A DNA stretch of 64,000 nt from Thermodesulfobium acidiphilum. GTDB lineage: Bacteria; Thermodesulfobiota; Thermodesulfobiia; Thermodesulfobiales; Thermodesulfobiaceae. Within the stretch, counting starts at the first letter, position 1. The number at the start of each line of letters is the position of its first letter. The position numbers and the translations under genes were made by a program. Of this stretch, positions 60,363 through 64,000 are shown piece by piece. A model generated the notes under the pieces. The model made no database searches. It saw only the letters and a list, made by a program, of their open reading frames with translations, and was not told where the DNA came from. The stretch is taken from the NCBI RefSeq assembly GCF_003057965.1, contig NZ_CP020921.1:1166916-1230915 (forward strand). Direction: 5' to 3'.

Positions 60363-61571
60363 TTAAATTACTTTAACCTCATATCGATGATTTTCTAAAA
60401 GAGATTTAATTTCATAAATATGATCTCTATCAAATACCTCAAGATCAATAATCACTTCTGCACTATCTAAATATATATCTCCTCTTTCTCTATTGTGTAA
60501 TATCGACAATACATTAGCTCCTGATTCAGCAATTAATTGTAGTAATTTCCACAAAGATCCTGGTTTATCAGAAAGAACAACCTTAAAACTAGCCTTTCTA
60601 AAAGACTTTACTAGACCCTTATTTATAATGCGAGAAACCATATTGATATCAATATTTCCACCACTTATAACAGCAACAATTTTTTTATTAGTATAATCTT
60701 TTAATCTATACAACAATGCAGCAACTGAGGTAGCTCCAGCACCTTCAGAAATAGTTTTAATTCTTTCCATCAAAATAATAATTGCATCAGCTATTTCATC
60801 CTCATCTACTAAAACAATATCGTCAACATATTTTTTGATAATTTCAAAAGTCATTTCACCCGGCTTACCAACAGCTATCCCATCAGCAATAGTAGATAAT
60901 TCCTTGTAAAAAGATGGATTTCCTGTTAAAAGAACCTCTTTCATTGAAGGCATATTTTTAGCTTCTACGCCAATGATTCTCACGCTAAGCTTAACCTCTT
61001 TAACTGAAACTGCTATACCTGAAATAAAGCCTCCTCCTCCTACAGGGACAATAATAACGTCCACATCAGGCATATCCTCTAATATTTCTAAACCAATAGT
61101 ACCCTGTCCTCCAATTACATCAAGATCGTCATAAGGGTGAACAAAAACTAACTTTTTTTCTTCCTGTAATTTCCTTGCAAATTTATTTGCCTCATCAAAA
61201 TTATCACCCTGGAGTATTACATTTGCTCCGTAACTCTTTGTAGCCTTAATTTTAACAATAGAGGCCTTTGATGGCATTACTATAAACGATTTAACGTTCA
61301 ACAATGTTGCGCTAAGACCTACTCCCTGTGCGTGATTTCATGCAGAAGAAGCTACTACTTCTAACTTCTTTTCTTTCTCAGTTAAATTAAAAATTTTATT
61401 GTATGTCCCTCTAAGCTTAAAAGAACCAGTACGCTGATAATTTTCCATTTTTAGATAAACGCTATTGCCAGTTCTTCCAGAAAGTGTATTACTGTAACTA
61501 AGATCCGTTTTGTATGCAACACCTTTTAAGGTTTCCCTAGCAATCTCAATTTCTTTTTTAGAGATGTTCAT
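60363..61571 (-). pseudogene. ilvA: Threonine ammonia-lyase (IlvA/TdcB with ACT) interrupted by an in-frame TGA
   Basis: LKMENYQRTGSFKLRG, SSA*NHAQG (TGA 61338-61340 at the conserved Gly), GQGT, PVGGGG, TIADGIAV, SGGNID, DKPG.L; both ORF halves share one frame. Confidence 0.88.
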
Positions 61572-61780
61572 TAAAAATCTCCTTTATCAAAACTAATGAC
61601 CCATTTAAAAAATTTTTATTTCCATAAAATTTTAAAACAGACAATACTAAATAATTTTATAACATTTAAAAAATTTTATTACATTTAAAAATAATAATAA
61701 ATAAATATTTAGTTTTTTTGATAAGTTAAATTCTATATAAAACAAGAACCCTTTCTTTACAAAGATCTTTAATATAAAAA

Positions 61781-61809
61781 ATTTTATAACATAAAAATAT
61801 TTATGTCAA
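61781..61809 (-). promoter_or_regulatory. Sigma70-type promoter for the ilvA/sda cluster
   Basis: TTGACA-17 nt-TAAAAT. Confidence 0.55.
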
Positions 61810-61911
61810 ATAATTTTTATTAAATACAAAAAATTGCATATTACAACTTTTTGAGCTATATAAGTGTTTAACTTACTATATAATATTGCTAATAAAAAGA
61901 TAAGGACTTGC

Positions 61912-61940
61912 TTGACATTAAAATTTTGTAGTTTCATACT
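61912..61940 (+). promoter_or_regulatory. Sigma70-type promoter for eno
   Basis: TTGACA-17 nt-CATACT, then GGAGG SD. Confidence 0.55.
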
Positions 61941-61969
61941 AATAACAATATCTGTTTAGGAGGGATAAA

Positions 61970-63265
61970 ATGCAAGAGAAAATAGCATCAATCAAAGCAA
62001 GAGAAATATTAGATTCTAGAGGCAATCCCACTATAGAGGTAGATTGCTTATTAGAATGTGGAATAATAGCTCGTGCAGGAGTTCCATCAGGAGCTTCTAC
62101 TGGCTCAAAAGAAGCAATCGAATTAAGGGATAACGATAAAAAAAGATTTTTTGGAAAGGGCGTTCTACAAGCTGTTAAAAACGTAAATGAAATTATTGCA
62201 CCAAAATTAATAGGCTTAAATGCCACAAAGCAAAAACAAATAGATTCCATTATGATAGAACTTGATGGGACTCCAAATAAAGCCAAACTAGGCGCAAACG
62301 CTATTCTTGGTGTATCTCTCGCAGTAGCAAGGGCAGCAAGTTATTTTTCTAATCTTCCGCTCTATCAATATTTGGGAGGACCAAATGCAAATCTATTACC
62401 CGTACCGTGTATGAATATTATGAATGGCGGCATACATGCAAATTGGCAAGGTGCTGATTTTCAAGAATTTATGATTGCACCATACGGAGCCAATACCTTT
62501 AAAGAAGCCTATGAGTGGTGTAGCGAAATTTACCAAGCCCTTAAAAGTCTTCTAAAAGAAAAAGGCTATAGTGTGGGAGTAGGAGACGAGGGAGGTTTCG
62601 CCCCTTTGGTAAAATCAAACGAAGAACCTTTTGAATTGATGAGTAAAGCAATAGAAAATGCGGGATTAAAAGTCGGAGAACAAGTGGGTTTTGCATTAGA
62701 TACCGCCGCAAGCGAACTTTATAAAGATGGTAAATACATTTTAAGGCGCGAGAAAAAAGAGTTAGAACCTACTAAAATGGTAAAATACTACGAAAAAATT
62801 GTAAACAATTTCCCCCTTATATTGTTAGAGGATGGCCTTGCCGAATATGACTGGGATTCCTGGAAAATATTAAATAAAGTTTTAGGTGAGAAAATCGAAC
62901 TTGTCGGAGATGATATATTCGTAACAAATCTAGAAATAGTAAAAAGAGGTATTTCTGAAAACATTGCAAATTCTGTTTTAATTAAATTAAATCAAATAGG
63001 AACTCTTTCAGAAACTCTTGATACAGTTAAATACGCCCAAAATTCAAAGTGGGGTACATTCGTGTCTCACAGGAGTGGTGAAACTACCGATAGCTTTATA
63101 TCTGACTTAACTGTAGCAATTGGTGCTGGACATTTAAAAACAGGTGCGCCTGCTAGAGGTGAAAGAGTTGAAAAATATAACCAATTATTAAGAATTGAAG
63201 AGGAACTGGGAAAATATGCAAAATATGCTGGTAAGAATGCTTTTATAAGACCAATAAGATCCTAA
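61970..63265 (+). CDS. eno: Enolase
   Basis: [63 protein letters not shown]. Confidence 0.97.
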   Translation: MQEKIASIKAREILDSRGNPTIEVDCLLECGIIARAGVPSGASTGSKEAIELRDNDKKRFFGKGVLQAVKNVNEIIAPKLIGLNATKQKQIDSIMIELDGTPNKAKLGANAILGVSLAVARAASYFSNLPLYQYLGGPNANLLPVPCMNIMNGGIHANWQGADFQEFMIAPYGANTFKEAYEWCSEIYQALKSLLKEKGYSVGVGDEGGFAPLVKSNEEPFELMSKAIENAGLKVGEQVGFALDTAASELYKDGKYILRREKKELEPTKMVKYYEKIVNNFPLILLEDGLAEYDWDSWKILNKVLGEKIELVGDDIFVTNLEIVKRGISENIANSVLIKLNQIGTLSETLDTVKYAQNSKWGTFVSHRSGETTDSFISDLTVAIGAGHLKTGAPARGERVEKYNQLLRIEEELGKYAKYAGKNAFIRPIRS

Positions 63266-63290
63266 AGTTATCTATAAAGTTATCTATAAA
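63263..63290. repeat. 12-bp tandem duplication starting at the eno stop codon
   Basis: TAAAGTTATCTA TAAAGTTATCTA TAAA. Confidence 0.7.
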
Positions 63291-63293
63291 CTT

Positions 63294-63332
63294 GAAACCC
63301 TACTCAAATTTTGTGGTAGGGTTTCTTTTTTT
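63294..63332 (+). terminator. Intrinsic terminator of eno
   Basis: GAAACCCTAC...GTAGGGTTTC followed by a T7 tract. Confidence 0.88.
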
Positions 63333-63408
63333 AACAAACAAAAACAAATATATTTAATCAAATATAGAGAAAATTTAAAAATAATATTTAATTTGTTATA
63401 TAATAATA

Positions 63409-63515
63409 ATAATACTCCGAGTTCTTTTGACCTAAAGCTCTAAAGCTATGGCAAAGAACCACTAACGGTTGTTTGGGAAACCGAGCAGCCCCCCAATTAG
63501 GAAAGGAGGGTGTGG
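63409..63515 (+). ncRNA. Moco/Tuco riboswitch (Moco RNA motif), variant without P3
   Basis: CTCCGAG; P2 GTTCTTT..CCTAA-AGCT/AGCT-ATGG..AAAGAAC; P4 GGTTGTTTGG-GAAA-CCGAGCAGCC; CCCC...GGAAAGGAG; TATAAT at 63399-63404; upstream of an oxyanion-binding protein. Confidence 0.85.
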
Positions 63516-63713
63516 ATATGTTTAATTTTTTATTTTTTACACTCTTATTTCTAGTTTTTTTGCCTTCCTTTTTCTTCTGAACAATCTAGAATATCTAACT
63601 CAACTTAATAAATTCTGGAAGATTTAAAATCTATTTGTGTTAAATATAAATAATTAAGAATTTGTTAATTTTTTAACTTAAATAAAACTTAAATAAAGAA
63701 GGGAAGATAATAT

Positions 63714-64000
63714 TTGAAAAGGGGAATAATTGGTGTTGTAATATTAATTACAGCTTTAATTTTTATTGCAGGGTGCGGAACTTATAATAAAGGGGTAAAT
63801 CAACAAACAGAAAAAGTGAAATTATATCTTTATGGGGCTGGAACTTTAGCCAAACCCTTTAAAGAAGTAATTGAAGAGTTTGAAAAAAAATATCCCAACG
63901 TTACAATAGAATCTCAATTTGGTGGAAGCGTAAAAATGGTAAAGCAAGTAACCGAGTTACATCAGCCTGGTGATATAATCGCAGTTGCTGACTATAACGT
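63714..64000 (+). CDS. Tungstate/molybdate ABC transporter substrate-binding lipoprotein (WtpA/ModA-like), runs off the right edge
   Basis: TTG start; lipobox IAGC; YGAGTLAKPFKEVIEEFEKKYPNV...GGSVKMVKQVTELHQPGDIIAVADY. Confidence 0.82.
   Translation, partial: MKRGIIGVVILITALIFIAGCGTYNKGVNQQTEKVKLYLYGAGTLAKPFKEVIEEFEKKYPNVTIESQFGGSVKMVKQVTELHQPGDIIAVADYN

Noticed and set aside
61338..61340. TGA as selenocysteine or as a UGA=Gly genetic code
   Set aside because: The position is a conserved Gly, not Cys, and TGA is an ordinary stop in other genes here (ttuA, era, rimO, cinA)
61600..61800. CodY boxes upstream of the deamination island
   Set aside because: Best matches have 3 or more mismatches, expected by chance in such AT-rich DNA
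1..64000. CRISPR arrays, rRNA, prophage or defence operons
   Set aside because: No spaced direct-repeat array, rRNA signature, or cas/phage/integrase-like ORF recognised

Overview
Low-GC bacterial chromosomal window with most genes on the - strand. Gene content (CodY, YacL-IspDF, RodZ-RimO-CinA, together with Lnt, TtuA/TrmI and WD40) suggests a thermophilic anaerobe related to Firmicutes, possibly Thermodesulfobium-like; this is inference and was not verified. About 1-41.9 kb is dense housekeeping: pyk, tRNA modification, ispDF, tRNA-Pro(GGG), fused PurS-L-Q, prmC, tatC, cinA, rimO, scpAB, trpS, a DHH/CBS-fused tRNA nucleotidyltransferase, pdp, codY, surE, era, speE and acs. A few lone + strand genes are wedged into the - strand runs. 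About 42-61.6 kb looks accessory and partly decaying: a CDF-NifX fusion, rpiB and cupin pseudogenes, MFS-tcuAB, a second MFS, a YddA-like ABC transporter, and an amino-acid deamination island (ilvA with an internal TGA, a collapsed permease, sdaAB, sdaAA, ridA, a short NAD-GDH, a YhaM/CyuA-like gene and a YheO-like regulator). The window ends with eno and a P3-less Moco/Tuco-type riboswitch, a 20-codon uORF and a WtpA/ModA-like lipoprotein. No CRISPR array, rRNA, intact transposase or phage genes were seen. The best candidates for undescribed biology are the riboswitch-uORF arrangement, the membrane protein plus CofE-like ligase pair behind ispDF, the tcuAB locus without tcuC/tcuR, and the deamination island.
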